The notes under the pieces: model-generated
Told to the model about the DNA's origin: nothing
Seen by the model: the letters and a program-made list of their open reading frames with translations, nothing else
Database searches by the model: none
Position numbers and translations under genes: made by a program
DNA from: Candidatus Troglogloeales bacterium
Lineage (GTDB): Bacteria > Nitrospirota > Nitrospiria > SBBL01 > SBBA01
DNA length: 44,690 nucleotides
NCBI GenBank assembly: GCA_016195485.1
Contig: JACPZM010000035.1
Span: 1 to 44,690 of the forward strand
Direction: 5' to 3'
Shown: piece by piece, positions 18,651-27,389 of the stretch
Numbering within the stretch: the stretch's first letter is position 1
Layout: each line of letters opens with the position of its first letter

Positions 18651-20237
18651 ATGGGTGAGACACGCGTTAATCTGAAGAGACTTCTGGAAGATATTCGGGA
18701 TAGTTATCCGCTTCCATTGGCCGAAGTAATTCTCACAGAACTTGTGGCCAATAGCCTCGACTCCGGCGCTTCTTCAATCTGGTGTTCTACGAATGCCTCT
18801 GGCCGGACGTTTACTATAATCGATAATGGTCGTGGGATGCGAGAGGGTGAGCTTTCGACCTATCATGACATTGCGGCCACCACCAAGATACGGGGCAAAG
18901 GAATTGGTTTTGCCGGGATCGGGGCAAAGCTCGCCCTCTTGGTGGCCCAGTCCGTGATAACGGAGACCAAGATGGGTAGTAAACATCAGGCAACCTCCTG
19001 GTCCCTTGCCGGGCCAATGCGAGCTCCGTGGAAAAAAATCAAGCCGCCAGGATGGTTAAAAGAATCATCTGGAACGGCCGTGCAAATTACGTTGCCTGAA
19101 AAGCAATCCGACGGGAAAGAGCTTCTTCATTCACCGTTTATCCGGAACACCTTCATTACCCACTTTTTGCCTCTTTTTGACGAGGAGCTTTTAAAACGAC
19201 TGGGTCGGCTCTATGCCAATCGAATCTCTTTTTTCCTGAACGAACATCCCATTCTACCTGATCCAAGCCAGGAGGTGTTACCCCGGCGATTTTTTTATGT
19301 TTATGTCTCAAAAACGAAAAAACCGGTTGGTGTTGGATTTTTATCCGCTTCAGATCAAGAACGTGCAGAGCCGCAACAGGGGATAGCGATCTCAACCTAC
19401 GGAAAGGTTATTAAGAGGGGGTGGGAGTGGGTTGGGGCAACCCCAATTCGACCAGGCCGGATCAACGGGATTGTTGAAATTCCAGCCTTGGCCCAGATTC
19501 TCACAACAAACAAGGCCGATTTTCTTAAAGATCAGACCAGTTTAAAAACATACTACCGGTATCGCAAAGCGATCCAAGCTGCTATCGAGCCGATTCTCGC
19601 CGAACTTGGTGAACAACCGATTACCCCCCCACTTTCTTCGCATCGATTCTTGGGTTCGACGGATCGAATCGCCCTCCAAGAGGTTATATCAGAAATGCTA
19701 ACGGAGTTTCCGGAGCTTGAGCCATTAGTAGGAATGCGGCCAGGCGGGGATAAAGAAAGGCCGTCTCCCTTGCCTGAAACGTTTCCACGAATGCGTTTAT
19801 TTGATGATAATACAGCGTCTCCAGAAACGGAAACATTGGCGGAGGAGAAATCTCAAGAGGGCACAGACGAGACGCGAGATCCGTTGGCGCTTTTGTTGCC
19901 GAAGGAAGATCCCCCTCTGGCAAGGATGGCCATGAACGGGATGATTGAGTCTGATCCAAAAGCAATGAAAAAATCACGACAAAAATCGTATCTTTCGATT
20001 GGCTTTGAGGAGGATCCAACACGTGCGGCCCTCGGATGGCTCTCGGATGAGACCATCTGGATCAATAAGGGGCATGCTGCATATAGAAAGGCCGCTGAAA
20101 TGGGATACGAGCGGTACCACACCGTGGTGGTGGTGGGCTGGGTTCTGGCTTCTTATGTGGTAGGGGCGATTCATGCGGGGAACGCCGATATCGCCGGTTT
20201 TCTTGCCCGCTACCTTGACGGTTGGGGGCGCCGCTAG
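18651..20237 (+). CDS. GHKL-superfamily (HATPase_c_3/MORC-Hsp90-like) ATP-binding protein, orphan
   Basis: 528-aa ORF with a Bergerat-fold N box (ELVANSLDSGAS), G1 (IIDNGRGM) and G2 (GKGIGFAGIGAKLA). The C-terminal ~300 aa are unrecognised. Confidence 0.75.
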   Translation: MGETRVNLKRLLEDIRDSYPLPLAEVILTELVANSLDSGASSIWCSTNASGRTFTIIDNGRGMREGELSTYHDIAATTKIRGKGIGFAGIGAKLALLVAQSVITETKMGSKHQATSWSLAGPMRAPWKKIKPPGWLKESSGTAVQITLPEKQSDGKELLHSPFIRNTFITHFLPLFDEELLKRLGRLYANRISFFLNEHPILPDPSQEVLPRRFFYVYVSKTKKPVGVGFLSASDQERAEPQQGIAISTYGKVIKRGWEWVGATPIRPGRINGIVEIPALAQILTTNKADFLKDQTSLKTYYRYRKAIQAAIEPILAELGEQPITPPLSSHRFLGSTDRIALQEVISEMLTEFPELEPLVGMRPGGDKERPSPLPETFPRMRLFDDNTASPETETLAEEKSQEGTDETRDPLALLLPKEDPPLARMAMNGMIESDPKAMKKSRQKSYLSIGFEEDPTRAALGWLSDETIWINKGHAAYRKAAEMGYERYHTVVVVGWVLASYVVGAIHAGNADIAGFLARYLDGWGRR

Positions 20238-20249
20238 CGTAGTCTGAGT

Positions 20250-21266
20250 TTAAGAAAAAGAGGCAAGTTCAAGCGCGGGGTGCGGGCTTATATCAAGCGG
20301 CGCGAATACTCCTCTTTCTAAATGAGAAAGACCGGCCATGGCAATCATCGCGGCGTTGTCTGTGCAATAGTGCGGCGATGGCATGTAGACCGAAAACCCC
20401 GCGCGTTCTCCTTCCTCCTGCATTCTTCGCCGCAAGAGAGAATTGGCCGCCACGCCTCCTACCAATATCATACTGTTTGCATTGTTTTGCCTAAGCGCTA
20501 AAAGGCTTTTTAATACTAACGATTCAATAATCGCCTTCTGATACGAAGCCGCAATATCTGCATGGAATGAGGGCAAATCTTTTTTGATGTTCTCTTGTTG
20601 AAGCATTTGTCGGAGGGCAGTCTTCACACCACTAAAACTGAAATTGAGACCGCCTGCACGATGCGGAATCGTAAAAGGGTAGATTGGATTCCCCTGTTTG
20701 GCCAATCGGTCGATGACTGGCCCACCGGGATATTCATATCCGAGGAGTCGTGCGCCCTTATCCAATGCCTCTCCTGCGGCATCGTCCAGCGTCTTTCCCA
20801 AAAGATAATACTCTCCCCGCTTTGGCATTTTGTAGAGATTGGTATGGCCACCCGATACCACGAGGGCAATTGCAGGAAACGAAATATCTTCCTGCTCCAA
20901 AAAGACAGAGGAGATATGTCCTTCCAGATGATGAATCGCAAGAAGCGGAATATGGAGCGCGTAAGACAACGACTTGGCGAAAGAGACGCCGACTAAAAGC
21001 GCTCCGATTAAACCAGGGCCAACCGTGACGGCAACGGCGTCAAGTTGTGTCAGCGCACACCCGGCACGACGGAGCAATTCGTTGAGGAGCGGGCCAATTG
21101 CTTCAATATGTCTTCGACAGGCCAACTCTGGAACAATCCCGCCATACGGCTTGTGAAGATCAATTTGAGAGGAAAGAAGATTAGTAACTCTGCTTGCATT
21201 TATTACCGCAACGGCTGTCTCATCGCATGAGGTTTCAATGCCTAAAATACAACGATCCATTGTCAC
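20250..21266 (-). CDS. tsaD: tRNA N6-adenosine threonylcarbamoyltransferase
   Basis: 338-aa ORF with ILGIETSCDETAVAV, HHLEGH and the overall Kae1/TsaD pattern. Confidence 0.9.
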   Translation of the reverse strand: MTMDRCILGIETSCDETAVAVINASRVTNLLSSQIDLHKPYGGIVPELACRRHIEAIGPLLNELLRRAGCALTQLDAVAVTVGPGLIGALLVGVSFAKSLSYALHIPLLAIHHLEGHISSVFLEQEDISFPAIALVVSGGHTNLYKMPKRGEYYLLGKTLDDAAGEALDKGARLLGYEYPGGPVIDRLAKQGNPIYPFTIPHRAGGLNFSFSGVKTALRQMLQQENIKKDLPSFHADIAASYQKAIIESLVLKSLLALRQNNANSMILVGGVAANSLLRRRMQEEGERAGFSVYMPSPHYCTDNAAMIAMAGLSHLERGVFAPLDISPHPALELASFS

Positions 21267-21341
21267 AAAATCCCATTATTTTTCATCAGTAAATTTGTGT
21301 TTGATAAGTGGGTTCCCCCCGCCATTATAGCATCTGGCTCC

Positions 21342-21371
21342 TTGCCGTAACATCATCTTGTCTTGTAGAAT
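21342..21371 (+). promoter_or_regulatory. sigma70-like promoter for the NUDIX gene
   Basis: TTGCCG at 21342-21347, an 18-nt spacer, then TAGAAT at 21366-21371. AGGAGA lies 9 nt before the ATG. Confidence 0.4.
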
Positions 21372-21392
21372 GATCGCAGGAGATTAAAAGAG

Positions 21393-21896
21393 ATGCCGAC
21401 CGACGACACGGGAGAAACAGCCAACATCAGAAAACGCACTTCGTCTGGAGGCCTTCTTTACAGAATCAATGGTGGTGTTGAGGTTATCCTCATTTCGCAT
21501 CGCGGTCAAAAAGGAACAACGGTCTGGTGTCTTCCTAAAGGGACTGTAGAGGCGGGAGAGTCTTTGGAAGAAACCGCCTTGCGAGAGGTGCGTGAGGAGA
21601 CTGGGATTACAGGCCGCATACTCGAAAAGCTGGGGGAAATCCAATACGAATTTTACTCAAAACAAGATAAAATCTTAATCTTTAAGACCGTGCATTTCTA
21701 TTTACTGGAATATCTTGCTGGCAATGAAAAAGATCATGACGATGAGGCAGATGAAGCGCGATGGTTCTCCGTTAATGATGCGGAAAAGCGTCTGACGCAT
21801 CTCAATGAACTCGCGATGCTGCAAAAAGCGGCCTATTTGATCAGAGCTGCTGCTTTGCCGCCCACCAGTTTAACCCAATCCCCAGATCAACTTTAA
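21393..21896 (+). CDS. NUDIX hydrolase
   Basis: 167-aa ORF with the Nudix box GTVEAGESLEETALREVREETGI. Confidence 0.85.
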   Translation: MPTDDTGETANIRKRTSSGGLLYRINGGVEVILISHRGQKGTTVWCLPKGTVEAGESLEETALREVREETGITGRILEKLGEIQYEFYSKQDKILIFKTVHFYLLEYLAGNEKDHDDEADEARWFSVNDAEKRLTHLNELAMLQKAAYLIRAAALPPTSLTQSPDQL

Positions 21897-24096
21897 GCGG
21901 GACAGACAACCAAATCACCTCCTCCATTAACGACGTCACTTTTTCCTGCATGAAAAAAATCTCGCCATCGGGGATTTCAAAGAGAAGTTCATCGTGCACC
22001 TGTAAAATCATTCGGCTTTTCACACCCCGCTCCTTCATCCACTTGGCAATTGCGATCATGGACAGCTTGATAATATCGGCAGCCGATCCCTGAATCGGCG
22101 TATTCACAGCAAGCCGCTCTCCCATCTCGCGTACTTTTCTGTTTCCGCTTGATAGCTCTGGAATCTCCCGTCTGCGGTTGAAAAGGGTTGTCACATATCC
22201 CATCTTTTCAGCCCCCCGCACTGTCTTTTCAATAAACGCTTTCACGCCATGGTAATGCGCAAAATAAAGATCAATATACCGTTTTGCCTCTTTTTGGGAA
22301 ATCCCCAGATTCGCCGCCAGCCCAAAGGGGCTTATGCCATAAATAATTCCAAAATTAACCGTCTTGCCAACTCTTCGCATCTCTTTTGTAATCACATCTT
22401 TTGGAAGGGCAAAAATCTCGGCGGCTGTTTTAACATGAATATCTTCACCCGTTTTAAAGGCGTTGATCAGGGCCGGATCGTTCGATAGATGCGCCAGAAT
22501 CCGAAGCTCAATCTGATTGTAATCGGCGGTCAGCAGCAACGACCCTTCCTCGACAATAAAGGCCTGACGAATTCTCCGCCCCCACTCTCCAACCACCGGA
22601 ATATTCTGAAGATTCGGATCGGTAGAGGAAAGACGCCCTGTTGCGGCAACCGTTTGATTTAATTTCGTATGCACGCGATCTTCCTGATCAACCAGATTTG
22701 GCAAAACATCCACATACGTTGATTTGAGTTTCACCCCCTGGCGATAATTGAGTATCTCTGCTGGCAGTTCATGCTGAATGGACAGATGCGTTAAAACCTC
22801 TTCGTCGGTAGAGAAGCCTGTCTTTGTTTTGCGAAGCGGCGTAAGATGCAATTCGTCAAAAAGGATTTGTCCTAACTGTTTTGGGGAATTGATATTAAAT
22901 TCTCTTCCAGCGAGGGCGTAAATCTTTTTCGTTAATTCGACGAGTGTTGTTTGCAAATCGGCTGACATTGATTTTAGCAGGGGAACATTGATTTTGACCC
23001 CCGATTGTTCTATTTCCGATAGGACGGCCATTAAGGGAATTTCAATATCAAAAAAAAGTGAGGAAAGTCCGCGTTCCGCAAGGAGTAACAACTGTTGTTC
23101 TTTGCTTTCCGTAAGAGAGTGATCCCGCTTTGTAGGATTTAACAGATAATCTGCAATCATCATCTCTGGAGTGGCCCTCTCAACTCGTACAGAATCGTCG
23201 TGCGCGTTCTTGTCATTCCCGAATGGTTCTACCGGGAATCTGACATCGTTCTCCCTCATTTCCTTCAATAAAGACGAGAACTCAAGCTCCTGCAGAAGGG
23301 GAACAAGCGCGTCCATATCAGGCGGAGAAATTTTATACGTTTCGAGATTAAAATCAATCGGGCAATTTATATCAATCGTCGCGAGCGATCGACTCAGGCG
23401 GGCTATCTCTTTTTCTTTTTCCAGCGCCTCTCGCAGTTTTGGTCGCTTGACCTGATTCAAGTTTAACAATAGATTTTCAATAGTGCCCCATTGGCCGACC
23501 AGATCAATAGCCGTTTTTTCGCCAACGCCAGCGACGCCCGGAATGTTGTCGGCGGTGTCTCCCATCAGGCCCATGATTTCAACAATCTGGGGAGGGGCAA
23601 CTCCAAATCTTGCGCGTATTTCTACTTCTGTAAACCGCTTTTCTTTCAGCGTATCGTAGATCGTAATATGCGGAGAGATCAGTTGAAACATATCCTTATC
23701 CCCGCTGACAATCATAACGTTAAGCCCTTGTGCCTCTCCCTTTTTAGCGAGCGTCCCAATGAGGTCGTCGGCTTCGTATCCCTCGCGCAAGGTCGAGAAA
23801 ATCCCAAACGCGGACACAGCGCGATGAATGTACGGAATCTGAATCGAAAGCGGCTCCGGCATTGGAGGCCGATGGGCTTTGTATTCTTTGTACGCGGTGT
23901 GGCGAAACGTGGGACCTTTGGCGTCGAACACAATAGCAAGATAATCAGGCGACATCTCATTCACAATCTTCATGATCATTTTCATGAAGCCGTAGACGGC
24001 GTTTGTGGGAAGCCCCTTGCTGTTTGAGAGTTCGCGGATGGCGAAATAAGCCCGAAAGATATACGAACTGCCATCAATGATATAGAATGATTTCAC
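21841..24096 (-). CDS. polA: DNA polymerase I with a vestigial or absent 3'-5' exonuclease domain
   Basis: 751-aa ORF with a 5' nuclease domain (DGSSYIFRAYFA, GDKD), pol motif A (DYNQIELRILAH), motif B (RRVGKTVNFGIIYG) and motif C (QVHDELLFE). Only ~65 aa link the nuclease and polymerase domains. Its 3' end overlaps the convergent NUDIX gene by 56 nt. Confidence 0.9.
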   Translation of the reverse strand: MKSFYIIDGSSYIFRAYFAIRELSNSKGLPTNAVYGFMKMIMKIVNEMSPDYLAIVFDAKGPTFRHTAYKEYKAHRPPMPEPLSIQIPYIHRAVSAFGIFSTLREGYEADDLIGTLAKKGEAQGLNVMIVSGDKDMFQLISPHITIYDTLKEKRFTEVEIRARFGVAPPQIVEIMGLMGDTADNIPGVAGVGEKTAIDLVGQWGTIENLLLNLNQVKRPKLREALEKEKEIARLSRSLATIDINCPIDFNLETYKISPPDMDALVPLLQELEFSSLLKEMRENDVRFPVEPFGNDKNAHDDSVRVERATPEMMIADYLLNPTKRDHSLTESKEQQLLLLAERGLSSLFFDIEIPLMAVLSEIEQSGVKINVPLLKSMSADLQTTLVELTKKIYALAGREFNINSPKQLGQILFDELHLTPLRKTKTGFSTDEEVLTHLSIQHELPAEILNYRQGVKLKSTYVDVLPNLVDQEDRVHTKLNQTVAATGRLSSTDPNLQNIPVVGEWGRRIRQAFIVEEGSLLLTADYNQIELRILAHLSNDPALINAFKTGEDIHVKTAAEIFALPKDVITKEMRRVGKTVNFGIIYGISPFGLAANLGISQKEAKRYIDLYFAHYHGVKAFIEKTVRGAEKMGYVTTLFNRRREIPELSSGNRKVREMGERLAVNTPIQGSAADIIKLSMIAIAKWMKERGVKSRMILQVHDELLFEIPDGEIFFMQEKVTSLMEEVIWLSVPLKVDLGIGLNWWAAKQQL

Positions 24097-24142
24097 TGAA
24101 CTAATGGCCTGTCAATAAATAACCGGAGGGGATACTAGAGCG

Positions 24143-25618
24143 TTAGCGAGAGAGGGCAAGCCCCCCGATAAGATATTGTATATCCTCGTCGTCGAATCGC
24201 AATCCGGCCCCAACGAAAAGAGTATCCCGTTCGGAATTGAGTATCTGATCATACCCTACGCCAAACTGTATATAGCGCAATAGTTCATACTGGGCCGAAA
24301 CTTTCAGATGAGGTTTCTTGGAAAGCGGATCGTCACTGTTGAAGTCCCACGCGTCAACGGAAAATTTCAGATGGTCGTCTTGCGAATAAAGATCGCCGCC
24401 TATTCCAAACGCATTTTCCATAAGGCCAATTCGAAGACCAAAGCTTGGAAGCCGCTTGCCAAACTGCGCGGAGAATTTTAATTTTCGAGTTGTTTGCAAG
24501 TCGGTTACAGTACTGGGGACCCCATCTTTTGTGGTGAGGTTCGTCGTGAGCGCAACCTTGCCTACCGGATCATCTACCAATTCCACCAGATAATATTTGT
24601 CCTGCCGCGGTGACAGTGTTAATGAAAAATAGCCTTTACTTTCCGATTCCTCCAATTGATATTCGTTTCGGAAACCGACATTGGTTTTAAAGCGTTGAAT
24701 CCGTCCCAATGTGTTTGAAACCCCTTCCAGCGCGGTGTTCAAATTGTTATAAGCCTTTTCGTCGGCAAAGAGCTTTCCAATGGTTCCCTCGCCCTGTTCC
24801 ACCTTTTTTGTAATCGACTGAACAGATTTTAACGACCCTCCCAAGTCATCCAACGTTCCAGATAGTTTATCGTACGCCCCTTGATCATAAATCAGCTTTC
24901 CAACGGTTCCCTCCCCGCTTTCTATTTGTTTTGTGATCTTGGTTAAACCTTTTAACAGCGTTTGCCCTTCTTGATTGAGAAATTCCGAGAACGATTCCAG
25001 ATTAGATATCGAATTGCCCATCGACTTTTGATTGGAACGAACAAATGCGTCAATGCCTTTTGTGAGAGACCGAACCTGATTGACAATATCCTTCATTGAT
25101 TGCTCCCCTTCTTTCGTTCCGAAGGCGCCCCGCAACGAGGCGGTAACAGCGCCGACATCATCGGCCACCTTTACAAATCGGGTAATCAGATCGGCGACCT
25201 GACCTGTGAGCTGTTCAACACTGGCCCCTTTATTCACGGACGGGAGTAATGTCCCATTGTCTGCTAAAGACTCTTGACTGTGCCCGAGCAAAATTTCCAT
25301 AAAACGATCTCCCAGAAGGCCGCTAGATGCAATCGATGCGGAACTGTCTTTCGGAATCTCTATCCCTTGGTTAATGAGGAGTGTCACGACCGCTCCTCCC
25401 TTTTTTTCCAATTTTATCTTGTCTACTTTCCCAACCTCTACCCCGGAGATGCGTACAGGCGCCCTTGCCTCTAATCCCAACACCGTGGGAAAAACTACGG
25501 AAATGCGATATCCTTTATCACCGAATGTGAACCCGCCCACTTTAAACGTCATGTAAGATAGGACGATGGCTCCCAGCATGACCACTACCCCCACTTTGGC
25601 TTCTGTTGTAAACGACAA
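24143..25618 (-). CDS. MlaD/MCE-family protein, long form with coiled-coil repeats
   Basis: N-terminal TM helix plus MCE domain (TEAKVGVVVMLGAIVL..., VRISGVEVGKV) and repeated GEGT.GKL..D...Y..L units. A TTG start at 25618 after GAGGAGG is proposed. The longer ORF start at 25648 lies inside a palindromic repeat. Confidence 0.75.
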   Translation of the reverse strand: MSFTTEAKVGVVVMLGAIVLSYMTFKVGGFTFGDKGYRISVVFPTVLGLEARAPVRISGVEVGKVDKIKLEKKGGAVVTLLINQGIEIPKDSSASIASSGLLGDRFMEILLGHSQESLADNGTLLPSVNKGASVEQLTGQVADLITRFVKVADDVGAVTASLRGAFGTKEGEQSMKDIVNQVRSLTKGIDAFVRSNQKSMGNSISNLESFSEFLNQEGQTLLKGLTKITKQIESGEGTVGKLIYDQGAYDKLSGTLDDLGGSLKSVQSITKKVEQGEGTIGKLFADEKAYNNLNTALEGVSNTLGRIQRFKTNVGFRNEYQLEESESKGYFSLTLSPRQDKYYLVELVDDPVGKVALTTNLTTKDGVPSTVTDLQTTRKLKFSAQFGKRLPSFGLRIGLMENAFGIGGDLYSQDDHLKFSVDAWDFNSDDPLSKKPHLKVSAQYELLRYIQFGVGYDQILNSERDTLFVGAGLRFDDEDIQYLIGGLALSR

Positions 25619-25629
25619 ATGACCTCCTC

Positions 25630-25656
25630 GTAGGGGCGGGGTTACCACGCCCCTAC
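25630..25656. repeat. family B palindrome GTAGGGGCG-n9-CGCCCCTAC (intergenic mlaF/mlaD)
   Basis: A 9-bp perfect stem plus an inner GGT/ACC pairing. It shares the GTAGGGGCG core with 6886..6913. Confidence 0.7.
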
Positions 25657-25660
25657 ATTT

Positions 25661-26413
25661 TTAATCTACGCGAATAGGGCCTTCCGAGCTTCCATTGATA
25701 AACTGCTGAATCACCGGGTTTTTACTGTTTTGAATCTGTGTCGGCGTTCCCACTTCCAATATCTCTCCGTGGTAGAGCATCGCAATTTTATTCGCAATTT
25801 TATAAGCGGATTTCATATCGTGTGTGATCGTCAACGAGGTCACCGAAAGGTTTTGATTCATCTGTGCAATCAGATTGTTAATCACGTCCGACATAATCGG
25901 ATCCAGTCCCGTTGTGGGTTCGTCATAAAGTATAATCTTTGGGTTCATTGCAATAGCGCGCGCAAGCCCCACCCGCTTTTTCATTCCTCCTGATAGGTCT
26001 GCGGGCATCTTATCTTCAATCCCGCGAAGGCCGACCATCGCAAGTTTTGCCTTTACGATTTCCATAATCGCCTCTTTTGGCAAACGGCTGTGCTCTTTTA
26101 ATACAAAGCCGATATTTTCCCACACGCTCAGAGAGTCAAAAAGCGCCGCTCCCTGAAATAACATCCCAAACCGTTTGCGAAAATGAGAGAGTTCTCCCTC
26201 TGATAAATCGGCAAGATTCTGACCGTCAATAATCACCTCTCCTTTGTCCGGACGTATTAGCCCAATGACGTGCTTTAGAATAACCGATTTCCCCGTTCCA
26301 CTGCCACCAATAACAACGACCCCCTCTCCCGCCTCAATTTTAAGATTCACCCCGCGCAGGACATGATGACTGTTAAAACTCTTATAGACATTGCGCAGTT
26401 CGATCATTGGCAT
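25661..26413 (-). CDS. mlaF: ABC transporter ATP-binding protein, MlaF-type
   Basis: 250-aa ORF with Walker A GGSGTGKS, signature LSGGMKKR and Walker B ILYDEPT. Confidence 0.85.
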   Translation of the reverse strand: MPMIELRNVYKSFNSHHVLRGVNLKIEAGEGVVVIGGSGTGKSVILKHVIGLIRPDKGEVIIDGQNLADLSEGELSHFRKRFGMLFQGAALFDSLSVWENIGFVLKEHSRLPKEAIMEIVKAKLAMVGLRGIEDKMPADLSGGMKKRVGLARAIAMNPKIILYDEPTTGLDPIMSDVINNLIAQMNQNLSVTSLTITHDMKSAYKIANKIAMLYHGEILEVGTPTQIQNSKNPVIQQFINGSSEGPIRVD

Positions 26414-26419
26414 AGATAC

Positions 26420-27223
26420 TTATGACCGAAGGAATGCTGTGACGAAATAGTTAGAAATAAGAATGAGCATCTCGGAGACAACGACGGCGCCGGTTGTGGC
26501 GCGGCCAACCCCTTCGGCCCCCCCATCGGCCTGAAATCCTTTATAACAACTGACTCCGGCAATAATCCCTCCAAAAACCGCCGCTTTTAATAGTCCTCCA
26601 AAAATATCCTCCATTTCCAAATACTGTGTTGTGCGTTGGAGATATGCCCCCGCGTTTGCCCCCAGCAGATTAACAGAAATGAGATATCCCCCCGCAATAC
26701 CGATAAAGTCGGAAAAAACAGTTAGCAGGGGGAGCATCACAATCCCGGCGATAAAACGGGGCGTCACCAGATATTGAATCGGATTCACCGCCAGTGTGGC
26801 AAGGGCGTCAACCTGCTCTGTTACTTTCATCGTCCCAAGCTCAGCCGCCATTGCGGCGCCGGCGCGGCCAGCGACGATCAGCCCCGTGAGTACCGGGCCT
26901 AACTCTCGCGTCATGGACAACGCAACAACCGTTCCAACCAATCCCTCGGCGTTAAACCGTTTAAAGCCAGTATAACCCTGAAGGGCTAAAACCATGCCGG
27001 TAAAGGTCGCTGTAATCAAGACAACCGGTATTGAGCCGACGCCAACCGACTCCATCTGTTTAGAAAGATTTCGAAGACGGTAAGGGGGCCGGAAGATATA
27101 AATAAAGGCGTTGTAGAAAAGGAGGGCCATCGCCCCCATTTCAGTCAGGAACCGGATAATCCATTTACCAAATCGATCAAAAAATCGCATGAATAATTGG
27201 GGGTCTCCCCTCGATGCCTTCAT
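26420..27223 (-). CDS. mlaE: ABC transporter permease, MlaE-type
   Basis: Polytopic MlaE-like sequence (GVGSIPVV, TRELGPVLT, TVTEQVDAL). The start was chosen at the internal ATG 27223, with 27190 as an alternative; the ORF-track start 27340 is probably too long. Confidence 0.75.
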   Translation of the reverse strand: MKASRGDPQLFMRFFDRFGKWIIRFLTEMGAMALLFYNAFIYIFRPPYRLRNLSKQMESVGVGSIPVVLITATFTGMVLALQGYTGFKRFNAEGLVGTVVALSMTRELGPVLTGLIVAGRAGAAMAAELGTMKVTEQVDALATLAVNPIQYLVTPRFIAGIVMLPLLTVFSDFIGIAGGYLISVNLLGANAGAYLQRTTQYLEMEDIFGGLLKAAVFGGIIAGVSCYKGFQADGGAEGVGRATTGAVVVSEMLILISNYFVTAFLRS

Positions 27224-27389
27224 TCGCCTTATGATAGCAATGAAACGGCAAAGTGTAAAGGAAAAGTTATAATCCTCATTCCGCGATTGCGGAATAGGTT
27301 TTGGGAACAGCTTTACACCACAATAAAGATCATTGTACAATACCGACTCAAGCGACTGTTTGTTTTTTATGCAAGGTTCAGGAGGTAAA

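Noticed and set aside
25619-25648. GTG start at 25648 for the MCE protein
   Set aside because: That start codon lies inside the family B palindrome. A TTG at 25618 directly after GAGGAGG gives the usual short N-terminus before the transmembrane helix.
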